Shown piece after piece: positions 36,980 through 51,900 of a stretch of 64,000 nucleotides of DNA. The notes under the pieces are model-generated. The model was not told the origin of the DNA. It saw nothing but the letters and a program-made list of their open reading frames with translations, and ran no database searches. Numbering within the stretch: position 1 is the first letter of the stretch; the number at the start of each line of letters is the position of its first letter. Source of the stretch: Dimorphilus gyrociliatus (Eukaryota > Animalia > Annelida); the NCBI GenBank assembly GCA_904063045.1, contig CAJFCJ010000006.1, forward strand, positions 1,183,771 to 1,247,770, given 5' to 3'. A program made the translations under genes and the position numbers.

Positions 36980-39422
36980 ATGAGGGACCAGTTCGATTGG
37001 ACTGATTATTCAGTTCTTGCTTTTGTCATTGTTTGCAGCTTAGGAATAGGAATTTGGTCAGCCCTGACTGGAGGAAAACAAAATACAACTTCGGAGTATT
37101 TGATGGGTAATAGGTTAATGAATTTTATACCAGTTGCCGTTTCCCTAATGGCCTCCTATCTTTCGGCAATTACCGTTTTGGGAGGATCTTCCGAACTTAT
37201 GTACCACGGAGCTCAACAAACAATATACATTTTTTCCTATATAATCGCTGGAATTATAGTAGTTATTTTCTTCGTACCTGTTTTATATCCATTGCAACTC
37301 ACAAGTATAAATCAGGTACCTAATTCACATTAATTTCACATAGGATTTATTAATAAAAGAATTTTATATATCCATTCCATTAGTATTTATTAGAAAGATA
37401 CGATTCTAAATGGACTAAACTAGTTGGAACAACTTTCCAAGTTCTGAGCGGAGTAGGTACCATTCTATAAGACTTCTATTGATCGATGTATTAATTTTCC
37501 TCAATGCAAACATAAACTTAAAGTAGAATAAATTAACAGCGTTAGATATGTTGCATCTATATTTGACGTATAAGTTACTTTTGTTTCCTCTATTTTTTTA
37601 GGAAATGATGTGCGCAATTGGCCTCTATGGTCCAGCCTTGGCTGTACAAACGAGTAATTTATTTCTTCTATTATGAAAGATATTATTAATATTATTAATA
37701 ATTCTTACTGAAAACAGTCGCATATATTTTCTTTTATTAAAATTTCTTCATTTTATGAAACAGCAACTTCTATTCCAGTTTGGATGTCGATTACGGTCAT
37801 GGGAATATTGTCAACTTTGTATACAACCATTGTGATTATACATATTTATATTCATATACAATATATATACTTTATATCTATATATATAAATAGTATATAT
37901 TAATCTGTTTATTCCAATGCAAAATACATATAGGCCTATAGACTTTTATTGTTTTTGTTCAGGGTGGAATTAGGGCCGTAATTTGGACGGACGTCTTTCA
38001 AAGCGTTATTATTTTGGCTGGTTTATTGTCATTACTTATTAGAGTAAAAACGTTAATTCTATTTTGAAAATTAAGCTAATTGATTTATCAATGAAAACAT
38101 AACAGGGTCTTATTCTGTGTGGAGGATTTAGCGAAGTTTGGCGTATAAGTGAAAAAGGAGGGCGTCTAAAGTTTTTCGATATGGATATGTCATTATACAC
38201 AAGATTATCATTTCCATCTGTGTTACTTAATCAAATACTATTATGGCTTGTCTTGTACGGATGCTGTCAGGCGAGCGTTCAACGCATTTCAAGTGTTCCA
38301 ACAATGACGAAAGCAAGGCTAACTATTCTTTTATGTATGCCAATGTGGGCGATATGTGCAACTATATCTTGCTTCTGCGGATTAATCTCCTACGTATATT
38401 ATGAAAAGAAGGGATGCGATCCGTTTAAAGCTGGTATTATAAGAAACAAGAATCAATTGCTATTGCAGTTGGTAGCGGATATTTTAAATTATCCTTGTAT
38501 GTGCGGCCTATTTTTATCGGCTGTAGTTTCTGGCTGCCTTAGTAATATTTCGTCGTCTTTGAGTGCCTTGGCTGCCAATCTTTGGGATGACATTTTGGTG
38601 GACAAATTCAAAGAACTTCCCGAGTATCGAAAGGCTTTCATCAATAAATTAATAGGTGATATCTTATTGAAAGGGAAAAAATTATCTTGTTTATGTTCCC
38701 TTTTCATCCATACCAGCTTAACCTTTAGTTATTATCTTTGCGCACACATAAACTAAACTTTTATTCTTTCTTCCTTTTCATATTTATGCTAAAGTCTTCA
38801 TCGCTGGAATTTGCAGTATATTTCTTGCTATTGGAATCTCTTTTGTTAGTGGAACACTTGTACAGTTGACAACCACCCTATTATCCACATTATATAATCC
38901 CCTTCTTGTATTATTCATACTCGGTGCAACATTCCCATTTGTGTCAGCAAGAACAATTTTGCCTGGTTTGGCTATTGGTTCAATCTTTGTTACATTTATT
39001 ACAATTGGCGGTATAATGTCTGAATCGCATTTGTCAACATTAGAAACTCGAACGGATAATTGCCCAAGGTCTGTCAACTTTACTTCTACACCAATGCCCA
39101 CTTCTCAAAAGGAATTAAACGCTTCTCGATCCGTATTTACCGAGTTTGTCATAAACAACCTTTTTGGAATTTCCTATATTTGGTACTCTCCTATACAATT
39201 TGCAATATCCACAATTATTGCTCTTATTCTTAGCATCTTTCCAGGTAAACTTTCATTTAAGTATAATTAATATTTATCTATATCTTCTCTATTGAAACAT
39301 TTAAAACCCAACCAGTAATCAATTTATTTTCTATTGAAACAGCCCTAAGACAAAAGAGAGTACCAGCTGCCAAGTACTTCTTTCCTTTTTTGAGGCCTAT
39401 CATTGGAAGGATCCAGAAATAG
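36980..39422 (+). CDS. Sodium:solute symporter, SLC5A8/SLC5A6-like
   Basis: DYSVLAFVIVCSLGIG, EYLMGNR...PVAVSLMASYLSAITVLG, GGIRAVIWTDVFQ, KNQLL, GLFLSAVVSGCLSNISSSLSALAA, ISYIWY; multi-exon. Confidence 0.9.
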
Positions 39423-39744
39423 TGTATCGATTAATATTATCTGATGTAACAGTGTATTCTTAATGTATAAAATCTATAAACAAGCTTTATAGATATAAAA
39501 CATATTAATAAACATATATAAATGTTGTTTTTTTTTGTATCTTTATGACTAATGTATAAGAAACAAATGTACATATTGAAACCAAAAGGTGTCGCTGATA
39601 ACAACAATTAGCTGATAAGAACATTTCAAGCGACTATCAATTATTTCACTAGTTTACGCAACATGCACTTATTTCAGATAATCAACAATATTTCTTACAC
39701 TCAATGAGCAGTTACAGTACGGAACAGTCAATCTTTCTAACATA

Positions 39745-42700
39745 ATGAATAATCGAATTACCCAGAATGGGAAGTTATACCCTGAAAGAAAATGTTCCTT
39801 ACTGTCAACACTGTTCTTCACGTAATATATCTAAATTAATTTCCTTAATATATAACTACGTTAATAGTATTGTTCAAGTTTGTCTCTGTATTTTTTTATT
39901 CATATTCAGATGGGTACAAGGGATAATAGATGTTGGAAGGAAAGAGAAAGGAGGTTTTGGAAAACAACATCATTTTCTACCTCCTAAGAGTGAGATGGCT
40001 GAAAATTGTGGGCCAAAACTAGTTGAAGCTTGGGAGAAACAAGTAAATGATCAGGGAACTAACGCTAAATTGTATTTGGTTATATTAAAGTCCATTCTTG
40101 GTCAATACTTGGTTGTAGGTTTATTGAGTATATTACAGGATTTAGCTACGTTATTACAACCTTTCGTCCTAAGGGAGCTTATGCTCCAATACGGGCAGGA
40201 GAATAATTCGACCTCAATGTTATGGGTTTATTCTATATTGTTATGTGTATCGAACCTTTTTCTATCGCTGATAAAAAGATTCTATTTCTTCATACTGGAT
40301 AGAATATCGCTAAGAATGATGGCTTCAACCACCTATCTTATTTTTCATAAGGTTAGTTTTCCTCTAGGGTTCAACAAGAATCTATCAAATTAAAAAACAG
40401 ATACTTACAACAACAAAGAAAGATCTTAGTTCAATAAGTACAGGAAATATAATTGAGAGAGTTTGTCACGACGCAGAAGCTGTAACTTGGGGAATTTATT
40501 CGGCTAACACTTTATGGACGGGACCTTTACAGCTGTTATTTGTTTTGTTCTACCTTTATTGGCATATGGGGATTTACGTTACGCTTGGAACCTTAATTAT
40601 TCTTGTCCTCTCTCTAATCCAATTCTATTTTGCGAAGACTTTAGCAAAGTATCGTAAACTACAATATATTTATATGGATAAAAGGACGTCTGTGATTAGC
40701 GAATTATTATCTGGAATGAGACTTGTAAAGATGTATTGTTGGGAAAAGCCGTTCAGAAAGTTAATTGATGGAATTCGAAAGAAAGAAATGGGTTTTTTAA
40801 AGAACCTAGTAATCTGCTACACATTGTTATCCGATTTTCTTTTTTTTGGTAAAAAATCCCTCATTGCCATGTATGTTCTAATCTACTATTACCTCGGATA
40901 TAATCTAAAGGCTGAGAAACTTTTCCCCCTTGTTCTCCTTATTAACTGTATATCAAGCGTGATGCTTGACCGTTTACCGTGGGCTATTAAAAAAGTGACG
41001 GAATCTCTAGTTTCTGCTAAGAGAATCCAAGATTTTCTCCTCCACAATGTTAAGAATGATTGCGAAATAAAAGAATCCAAAGTTGCCTGTCGGGAGCAAA
41101 AACTAAATAACCATATAAGGAATCGAAAGTTTAATAAATCAATTATAAGTCTAAAGGGAGGAAATGCTTCTTGGGACAATGTAAGTTTGTTAAGACTAAC
41201 TAGGCCTAAATTAAAGAGTAATCGATATTTGCTAAATTTTAGGCGTCACCCACCCTTAACAACATCGATTTAGAAATAAAAAGAGGAGAGCTCGTTGCTG
41301 TAATAGGGAAGATAGGTTCCGGAAAGGTTATTTAAAATTAACAACTTATTTAAAAGCCTATTAAAAATAAAGAGAGCCTCTTTATGCATTTAGACGTCTC
41401 TCCTAATGGCCTTACTCGGTGAATTACCTATCGTATCAGAAAACAGGACTATAACGGGCAAAATTGCTTTTACCGGTCAGGAATCTTGGATATTTTCCGA
41501 ATCAATCCGACAAAATGTACTCTTTGGGAATAAAATGAATAAAAATAAATATAGAAAAGTTATAGATTCTTGCTGTTTAACTAAGGACATTGAAGACTTT
41601 ACAATGGGTGATGAAACAAAAGTCGGAGAGAGGGGCGTTAAACTAAGTGGAGGTCAAAAGGCCAGGCTTTCTCTGGCTAGGGCATTGTATGAAGATGCCG
41701 ACATCTACTTATTAGACGACCCCCTATCAGCTGTAGACGTAAAAGTTGGAGAGAAACTTTTTAGAGGGTTCAATATTATTTTATTTTGATCTGATTCTTA
41801 TTAAAACTTAGCCAAAAATAAAATAATACTGAATTCGTCCCCAGCTGTTTTAAAGAATTGCTAAAACATAAGACAATTTTACTTGTAACCCACCAATTGC
41901 AGTACCTACAGCAATGCGACAAGATAATCGTAATGGACAAAGTGAGTCATCATTAATATCGATCTACTTTGGCCGTTATAATTTGTATCCTTCAGGGTTC
42001 AATTCAATTTCGGGGAAGTTATGAAGAAGTCCTCCAATCAGGAATAGATCTGATTCGAGTACTATCTGAAAAGAGTATGCCAATATCTCAAGATCAGCCT
42101 GGAATAGAGATAAAAAAAGACGAAAAAGTTTCATTGAAGGGAACAAGGTTAACCGATAAAAATAAACAAAGTAAAAAGAGTATTAGGAATGAACGAGAAA
42201 TAGATCAGGGACAAGAAGACCTACCCATCGGCAGAGTGGGATTAGACGTCTATTGGAGTTATTTTCGTTTGGGAGCATCTCGAAAAATCCTGTTATTTAT
42301 TCTAATCGTCAATTTAATTTGGCAAGTTATATCTAATAGAATCGACTTTACAATTGCCGAATGGTTAAGTGATTTTTTTCTCTTAAATAGAAAAGATGAG
42401 GAAAGGGGTGAAATAGGCGGCAAATCGAAGCATGGAGAGAATATCCCACTCTTTTTTTCTCTCTCGCTCTCTCTCTCTCTCTCTGCCTATTCCTCTTACT
42501 CCTCCTCTTTTCTTGTTTTTTTTTCCTATCTCTTTTCCCATCTAATATAGGCCTAATCATAAATAAAAACAGGTCGGAAACTGATTCCATGAATAAGACG
42601 GAATCGATTGTCAAAGGCCGGAATGATTATCCCTTCGTCTACGTTTCGTTAATTCTAACCGCATTCGGAATAGGATTATTTCGTTCCCTTCTACATTTTA

Positions 42701-44603
42701 CCGTGGCCCTTCGAATATCATCAAATTTGTATTCAAAAATGTGCGAAAGTGTAATTGGGTCGCCAATTCGATTTTTTGATTCGAATTCGATTGGTCAGAT
42801 CCTTAGCCGATTCACCACAGGCATTTCAACAGCGGATAATAATTTAACTTTTGCTTTCTACAATATGACATTGGTATGTATCAAAAGCTAGACTACGAAA
42901 CTTAAGAGGGCGTTGCTAATTTAACAATAACACAGACTTCTCTGAAACTTTTTTAATGTAACTTTGTTCTGTTTCTTTTTTTAAAGGTTCTTTTATCACT
43001 TGGTGGAACTTTTACATCTGCAATTATCGTTAGCCCATTATCATTAATTGCAATTATTCCTTTTACCATTTCATTATTCTACTATCGAAATTATATTAAC
43101 AATGTTAAAATTGAAGTTTGTCGACGGACTGGCGTAGGTAACATCCTTTATTTATTGCCATCTTTATAATAGGCTTAAAAATGTATGATCTATTATATTT
43201 ATATAGTCTAAATCCGATGTTTTGTACGTGATCTCTTGTTCCCTTACAGCCTACAACCCTTTTCTTGGCCACATTAATTCTGTTCTCTCAGGATTAGAGA
43301 CGATTCGAGCTTTTCATCGAGAAAATGCCGTTCGAAGAGAATTTTGCTTATTTTGCAATAATTATATTGGGAACCTATTTACTAGATTTGTCCTATTTAA
43401 TTGGTTCAGTGCAAGAACTCATGTAGCAAGTTCGCTATTCGCTTGCTTCTGTATCCTAACGAGTGCCTCGTTATCGGCTTGTAAGCGTGGAAAAATTGTT
43501 CGCCTTTTCCATTTTAAAAACCTTCTCGCTTTTTTTTATCATAATAGATTTCAAGGCTCATCAAATAGGTTTAATTATTATCTATTCTCTGCCACTTATG
43601 GATAGCATTCACAACTTTTTCTCCATACTATCACAAGTCGAACTTCGGGTAAGTGCTAATTTTCTTTAAAAGGGGGATAAAAAGGGTTGTTTGGGGTACA
43701 ATTTTCGGTAAAGAGACCTATAAAAGTTGAATAGAATAATGAGAGTTATGGGAAAAGTTTCTCCTTCGATTTTAGATGGTAAAGGTCGAGCAGGCTTTAC
43801 AATATACGAGGCTATCCAGCGAAGGCCGGAAGACAACGCCCAAAGAGAGTATGCCGAAAGGGGAATGGCCCAAAAGGGGAAATATACAGTTCGATAATGT
43901 GTCATACTCCTACGATCCAAATGGTGAAGAAATTTTGAAGGATATATCATTTAATATTAACGGGGGAGAAAAAATAGGCATAATTGGGAGAACTGGATCA
44001 GGGAAGAGTTCACTGATCGAAGCTCTATTCAGAATGTCCAAATTTTCACGTGGTGTTATAAGCATAGATGGCGTCAATTTACAATCTCTCGGTTTGGACG
44101 ATAGTAGAAACTGCCTATCCGTTATACCGCAGAATCCGACACTGTTTAATGGCACCATAAGGTACAATCTTGATCCATTTGACGAGAAAAGAAACGACCA
44201 ACTTTGGCAGGCTCTAAAAGATGTCCATATGAGCGAAACAATTAGTAAGATTGGAGGGTTAAATTACGAAATAAACGAATTCGGTTCTAATTTGAGCGTC
44301 GGTCAAAAGCAATTAATATGCTTGGCTAGAGCTATTTTAAAGGATTCTAAAATCTTAATATTAGATGAAGCAACTTCGAATGTAGACCAACAAACCGATG
44401 CTATCATTCAAAAAACCATTAAGAAGTCATTCGCTAGGAAAACAGTCATCATAATTGCTCATCGATTAAATACCTTAGCGGAAGTTGATAAGATTATGGT
44501 CTTATCGGATGGCAAAATCAAGGAATTTGAAAAACCTGAGACGCTCCTAAAAAACAATTATTCATTGTTTTATCAACTCGTCAAAATCGAAAAATCGTTT
44601 TAA
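39745..44603 (+). CDS. ABCC4: ABC transporter subfamily C, MRP4-like
   Basis: N-terminus PERKCSLLSTLFFTW; TMD1 (GMRLVKMYCWEKPF); NBD1 GKIGSGK, LSGGQKARLSLARALY, YLLDDPLSAVD; TMD2; NBD2 GRTGSGKSSL, NLSVGQKQLICLARAIL, ILDEATSNVD. No TMD0. Confidence 0.9.
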
Positions 44604-45711
44604 CGAGACATTAATTTATTATCTCGTTATCTTGTCTCTAAACTTTGATTATGTCAATTCAACTTCCTTAACGGAATAAATATTAAACAATAAATAGCAA
44701 ATAAACTTAAAAAGAGACGCCGATCAGTAAGTAAAATAGTAGGAAAACTAAATAAAGTCTAGCAAGCGTTGAACATCTGGCGTTAGCAAGAACTAATATC
44801 GGCGCCAGCCAATTCGCTAAATTATTAATTAACTTTTATTAAAGTGAAAATTCCTTTTGCATTATAAAAAAGAGAAAAACCCCTACGTTTAAATTTACAG
44901 ATTAAGAATAAGAGAGCCATCACTCTAGCCATCACTCTAAAGGTTAAACGGTTTGAGAGGGGGAAAAAGAAGAGAAAAAGCGGAAAAAACTTCGACCGTT
45001 GTCCAAAATAAATAAATATATATAAGGTACAAAAATCGATTTGAATCGATAAGAACCTTAAATGCGTTCGTATTTTCCATCGACAAACTGGCAAACTATT
45101 ACAGTTAGAAGAACAAATTTATCAAGGCAATTTCTATTCGATAATAATAGCGTGTGGTTTAGCCACATTTAGAATCGGATGTGGTTAGATCGATGCATGT
45201 TCTATTATCTAAAAAAAGAATATATAACACCTAGATACTCAACTACCTATCTCTCTGTCCAATCACTTGTCTTTTTCTATTACATTCTTATAGTTTAAAA
45301 TTCCCCTAACACGCTGAGAAAAATAAGGGATATATGTATTTATACCCGACCCCCCATGGAAGAGATAGCGGTTAATTGTAAAATCTCTTGGCTTAGTGAC
45401 TTTCCTCAAGAGGGGGACCAGAAACGAAAATTATTCAACATTCATTCTAATTTACACACCTTCTTTGTCCTTTCAGCCCATTTCGATAAATAAGTAAAAA
45501 CTAGAATTAATTAATGGAAAATTTATTTTTTATCAGGCTAAAAAGGGGTATTTGAAAAAAATTTAATCCATCACTGGAAGAGTTACAAGAGTAAATATAC
45601 CATATTGATAAATTGATTCATTGTAACGGCCCTTTGAAATGGATAAGAGACGAGTGTTAAATTCTTAAAATAATCATCAGTGTCGTCAAGTAGTGTCGTA
45701 ATAGAAAAGAT

Positions 45712-45713
<2 letters not shown>

Positions 45714-45753
<40 letters not shown>
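45714..45753. repeat. (AG)n microsatellite
   Basis: About 20 perfect AG units read directly. Confidence 0.95.
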
Positions 45754-45756
<3 letters not shown>

Positions 45757-47193
45757 GAGAGACAGAATTTAAGAATGGTTTGAGGCAGGAGGAGGGGAGA
45801 GCAGGGGGAGGGTTTTAAAAGTGATTGTTAGCTTATAGATAAAGGTTGATGAAAAGGTAGATAGGTATGTAAAAAGGTGAGGAAGAATAAAAAAAATGTA
45901 TAGGCGATTCATAAGAAAACATTGACATTAGTGATTTCCTTTTGAATTTTGTACATTACATTCTTCGGTTGAATGAAGTTCGCACGGTTGTACAAACAAT
46001 AAAACTTTGAAGAAAACACAACAATGGTGCCCCTTCTAGTTTAAACATATAACACAGTTTATGGACAAGAAAAAGTCTAGCCTCTCTATATTTTATATAC
46101 TTGTACTTGTAAAATAAAAATCACCATTTCTATAATATCATTTATATAGACTATAGAATAGAAAATATCCAGCGTTTTTCTCAATTTAAACGCCTCCAGG
46201 TAGCCTCTATAGCACAATAATCTAATTAAATAATGACTTATTACTACGCTTTCGGTTATTTATATGTTAATTTCTATTAAAATCACTATTCCTCTACTGT
46301 ATTCACAACGAGAATAATTTGAAATCCTCCTACCTACTAAAATTTTCACTCCCACCCACTGATTTAATACATTCTATACTAATAAAGTAATGTAAAAAAT
46401 ATACTCCAAAAGTTTCTTCTATTTTAACTTATGCATATATTTGCATATAAATTAATTATTTAAGTTTTGTTCCTCTGCAAATTATTTAAAATGAGGAAAA
46501 ATAAACGAATAAAAAATTAATAATAAAAAAAGGGAAAAAATGATTAGCTATGTTTTATTTATTTATGGTTTATACAATTTTACGCGCACCATGATATAAT
46601 TAAACAAAGAAAATAGGAATGTGCTCTGAATGGAAGAGGCTACGTTTGGCTTAATTGGGTTTCAACCCTTCGTTGGAAAATTACTAGGCGAAAATATACG
46701 ACAGTGTACTAATCTTCTCTTTTTTCTTTCTTTATCCCCTGTCTGTCCTCCTCCACCTCCACCTTCTCCTCCCCCTCCCCTTTTTATAAGGGTAAAAAGA
46801 GAGATAATAATAACGGTTTTATGCTTATTAATTCAAAAAGAACCTATCTCGGGATAAAAAAAAAGCAATACTCTTTTTACAGTGCAACATTCGTTCGAAG
46901 CGAAATTAGGTTTTATAATTTTTGTACTTTTTTCGTGTGTTGATTTACTAAAATGTTACAAAAATACAAGTTTATTACTGATGTTGAAGAGTTTTTTTAT
47001 TTATATTTATAACCGATAGATGGCTCTACAGTACAATCTGTAGTCAAATTTTTACATTAAAATAACAAGAGAAGCAGAAAAGCGAGAGGTTATTCCGATA
47101 AAAATGAATTGAAGAGAATTTTTTCGGAAGCAGACAATTAGATAAAAATTAATAAATATATATAAAGCTAATTAGCATAAAGTTTAAATAGGC

Positions 47194-48979
47194 TTAAATA
47201 AAATTTTGTAAAATAACTTTAGGCTTTCCTTCGCCCTTCATAAATTTGTTCTTTATCCTTTTCAAGGTACCAGAGTTCGTTCTCGTATGATGACCAGCTC
47301 CGATTGTTGAAGTACTTGCTACAGAGTTCAAAGATGTATTATGGGCGTTGGCTTCGTTCACCTTCCTTTTCTTCAAGGGCGGTTGGAGAAACTGTATATA
47401 CAAAAATGCGCTTTTGAATTTCTTGTTCCGTGTTTAAGGGGTTGAATATTTTTACTGACCTTTCTCTTCTTGGGCGGCTGGTTCAAGAACTGGTTAATAA
47501 CCCGGAATTGACTCTCTTGCCAGTGCCTTTCAACTTCAAGAATTAGGTGCTTGTGGGAATGCCTATTTAGGTGAAGAGAAAAAAGGAGGAAGGGATTAAA
47601 AATCTAATCCGATAAATTCATGCTAATTTACAAACCTGACAAGTTTGGCAACTGTTTGAGTAGACATTTCAGTGACATTAATTCCATTGACATGAGTAAT
47701 ATAATCACCATGCCGTAAACCAGCTAATTCGGCAGTAGAATTTGACTCAATTTCATACACTTGAACAGGACTAGATCCGGTAACGGTAAAACCAAAGCCA
47801 CTAGCGCCGCGTTTTATTGTTATATTATGCGTGTCCATCCATAAAATATCACGGGAACGTTTATTCTCTTTATCTTCCATTTCAACTGGCGTTTCTGGGG
47901 CAGATGCCTTTAAGTGTTTCCGCTTACCAACATCTTCAGCTAATAAATGATACCAATTTTGTATATTTTGATTCTTCTTGACAATATGCTCTAGACCGAA
48001 ACTCATGCATCCCAAAAATTCACTTTTCCCTTCTCCGTAATCTCTTGACCAGACAGATATAAGTAATCGTTTTTTTAAATCTTCGGGTAACAGCTCAAAT
48101 GAGAATTTCTCATCAAAAACAGGATTGTTCGAATCGAGTATAACGTCGGTCCTGCATCTGGTTCTTTTTACTTCATCCGGATGTAGGGAAAGTTTAACGT
48201 AGGTATTACAATTCCAACAGTGTTCACTTCTCAACTGTTTCGCCTCGATAACTAAACAAATGAATAAAAAGAGGAATTTTTATTAAGGTGTGGAAGAGCT
48301 TGAAAAAATGCAGGTTAGAAAAATATTTCAAACGTTCAATGTCGTGTGAAATAGAGGAAGATATAAACGCTTATTCGCAGTCGGATACTAAAGTCCCAGG
48401 GGATATAAAAACAACGCCTTTTCAAAAACCGATCCCCCTTTAGAAAGGTCCGCTGAGAATCTTAAGCTTAATAGATTCTAGCATAAAGCATACGCTTTTT
48501 CCCTCTCTTCCACATAAGAAAGGGTTAACCTAAACAAGCGTCTATTGACTCATACTTTCCCCAAGCCTCGCCGCCAAAAACTCCCGAAATACTTTCTAGA
48601 GTGTTCTACAAAGAATGGAAAGACCCCCCCGTTGAGTCGCAACTTTCAGATTAAATGTAGTTAATGCCTCTAATTACAAGCTTTTTTCGCGAGACGGATA
48701 CGGTTTGTTGATGCATGCGACCGCCGCATGCGATCTTATTTCGTTCGTTTATGTAAAAATCGTATACTAACCGTGAACTGTCAGCATACCGCTGTTCACG
48801 TAGATGGATAGCTGAAGCTTGCCTGTTAAAAGGGAAAAAAAAGAATGCGTTAAAAGAAAGTGTCGGTAAATTACACAGTACACCTCACAGTGCCTTCAAC
48901 CCCGAAGTTCATAAAAACTTTCAAATTTGAGCTTTTTTATCAAGTGGAGTGTCTTTTTTATGCGTATATCATTCCTCAT
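47194..48979 (-). CDS. C2-PDZ protein resembling the RGS3 N-terminus, paralogue B (5' end uncertain, no RGS domain seen)
   Basis: GKLQLSIY...TYVKLSLHPD...NPVFDEKFSF...RLLISVW...FLGCMSFG...WYHLLAEDVGKRKHL (RGS3-type C2), then PDZ RGASGFGFTV...AELAGLR and a basic tail with PPKKRK motifs. Confidence 0.8.
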
Positions 48980-51900
48980 AAGTTCTTAAGATGTTTGGTT
49001 TTCTCTTTTCATTATCAAAGAATACGTGGGGGGAAGGTGAAAAATATGAAAGGGGGAATATTGTACCTTATAACAGTCTCTTAATTATACGCTTTCAATA
49101 GACATACATCTGCTCGATTGAGTGTATAAACGAGTAAAAATATCTGTTTTTATAGGTACGATAATAGGGCTCGACTTGCACCTGTTCCATAATCTTACAG
49201 TTCAATACTCGCCGTTTTGTCGAGAGGACTTTTGTGTTGGGTGACAAATGTTAAATGGAAACATAAGGCTAAACAGTATGGTCGATTGACAGGAAAATTT
49301 TAAATGATTTGATAGATCATTTCCTGACTCTCTCCTTCTCCCTCTCTCTGTCTCTCTCAGTCCAACTCGTTCAATCTCTCTTTCTCAAATTAGACACATC
49401 AGATTATAAATCACAGTAAACGAGATATTTAAGCGTCTCATTTTCTTCCAATCGGCACATGAACACTTTAAAATACTCGATGTACACCTCATTTCCACCA
49501 AAGAGCCGTCGGCAATGGTCATATTTGGAGGAGTGAACAAAGGGCGAAAGTTGCTTATTTATGCATTCGAATTGCCTATTAGGTGTTGTATGGCGTTCCA
49601 AACTGGTGCAATACCTACAGATTACATTCTTTCTCGTCTCCTTAGGTTCCATTCTTTAGGGCAATTCTCTTTATGCTAATATTGTACCCCTTATCGAGAG
49701 CGAGCAAATCGTATACAACTTTCTATAGGCCATTTTGGAATCTACATATAAGAGTTAATTTTCGCTGCGGCTGGTACGAATAGTGGACATGACCTACGAC
49801 CTTGTCACGCCATGTTCGCATTATCACCGACTAAATTTAATGGGGGTCCTAATAAAGAGATAAAAAGTTAAAAGGAAATACTTTGAAAGCAAAGTAATGG
49901 GAAACAGGAAAAAAAGCGGAAGCCGGAAGCGAACGAACACTTCGCCAAGTAGGAATAGGAGAAAGGAGGAGAAAGATAAGCATCTTGCAATTGCTGTGGG
50001 ACGTACCCCATCGAGTTTCAGTCGGTATTTGGGGCCTACCGCTGAGAAATTCGAAAGACTCAAATTGAAATTAGGTCCTTAGCTCAAACATAACAATTCG
50101 TAAATAGGGCTCGGTGATTGTACAATAGTCTGGTAACGACCATTACGTTAATTAAACAAGGGACCACCCGCATTCCAGATCCTCCTACTAAGCAATCAGA
50201 AAGGGCGACATTTTTATCGTTAAATAAAACCAGCGTAAAAATAACTTAATGTACTTTTATTTTCATGCTTAACAAAAGTCTACGCCGTGCTTTATGACGC
50301 GAGCCAAGATTCAAACGACATCATTTATCAGATGAATACAATTGATACGATTTAAAAGACTGTCGCTAATATTCCAATTCTTTCAATCGCTCCTTCCTTT
50401 TAACTTTCTTAAACGTTTCAATTTGAGATTTAAATCAAGACGTAAATTAGCACTTGGGAAAATATAGGCCAAAATACTTAAAAATATCGGTTAAGTATTC
50501 TAAAATTTACAACGTGCCAAGCCGGACCTCAAGCGTTTCCATAAGCACTTTTTGACGACCAATAATTTTTCGCATTAAAATATCATCGGTCAAAGACCGA
50601 TTCCCAAACGTTCGCAAAATGTCCGTTTGATTAGAGCGTTTAAGCTCAACGATTCGATTGGGAAATTTATGGAATAAAGGTAGTTATTGAGGAGACTTAC
50701 TTGGGTGGCCTACTGTGGTACGGGCCTTTTGTACCGCCTCGGGCGGGCATAGGGGTGAAGAAGACATCAAACGCTTTTAGCCGACAGTCCCAAAATGAAA
50801 CAATCTACTTTGGAAGGTGTTCTAAATACCGTAAATAGTAGGTCTTTTACAAAGTCGAATTACTTAGATTGAGATATCAACCGTTTTTGATTTATATACT
50901 GCATCTGGCAAATGTCACCTTTTCCACCCTCCTCACTGACCCTTTCATCTTTACTACTACCCAATCTCGACCATACGTTAAACCGTTCAAAAGCCGAACG
51001 TGATGGGGTTGAAAGGACGCGCGGAATGCACTTATAGGTTTATAATTGGATTAAAAAGAAGGAATAATACCTTTGCCTTGTAAAATAGAATGATCTTTTG
51101 TCTTCGAATAAAACGTTGTTTGACTTCCATGCTTTTCTAACCGTTTCTCCTCCATGATCACCTGTGGTTCCAATGCCAACTTATTCAAATCTTTCGACAA
51201 CGGTACAGCCATCTTGACCAATGACGTAATCTTATTGCGTAATAGCCCGGTGTGAAGTAGAAACCCTGTAGAGATGGTGAAAAACGTTTCTTAAAAGGTG
51301 TACCTTAGCGAAAGTTTTATAGCGTTTCTAAAAGGAAATTCAAGAGTAGTTCCCGTATTTATGAGAAACGCTCTACACAAGGCCTACTGCACACAACAGG
51401 ATCGAATTCGATTAAAAAGAAAACATAGAAGATTGTATAGTAAATAACTAGAACATCCTTGTAATCAGGTCGAGAAACATATCAAAGAGAGGACAATTGC
51501 AAATTCCAATATGAACCGACGGCAAATATTTGCAGTTTTATCTTATTAAAATAGCGCCTTTGTTGACCTGTGTAGGCCTAATATACTATTTTACGATGCA
51601 TATACCAGCTAACAACAAGCGAGTGGACATGATAAGGGAGATAGAAGTATATTTTTTAAGTAGACCGAGTCTATTTATGAATATACATGTCATTTACCTT
51701 TAAGTAAATAAAATCTGCTTACAAAGTCGAATATTAAGAAAAGAGGCGTATAACCTTAGTATTCAATGACAACAAGCTCGAGGGTTATTTCGAATGTAAT
51801 AAGCCTATGTCGCGAAAATATGCAAATTTTGCTCCGAGTATAACAATTATATTGTTACGATTCCTTATATACATGCGGCTTGCAAGGTAATTAAACCAAA

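Noticed and set aside
44064-44075. CTCF-like TAGATGGCG in ABCC4
   Set aside because: Explained by the IDGV codons of NBD2.
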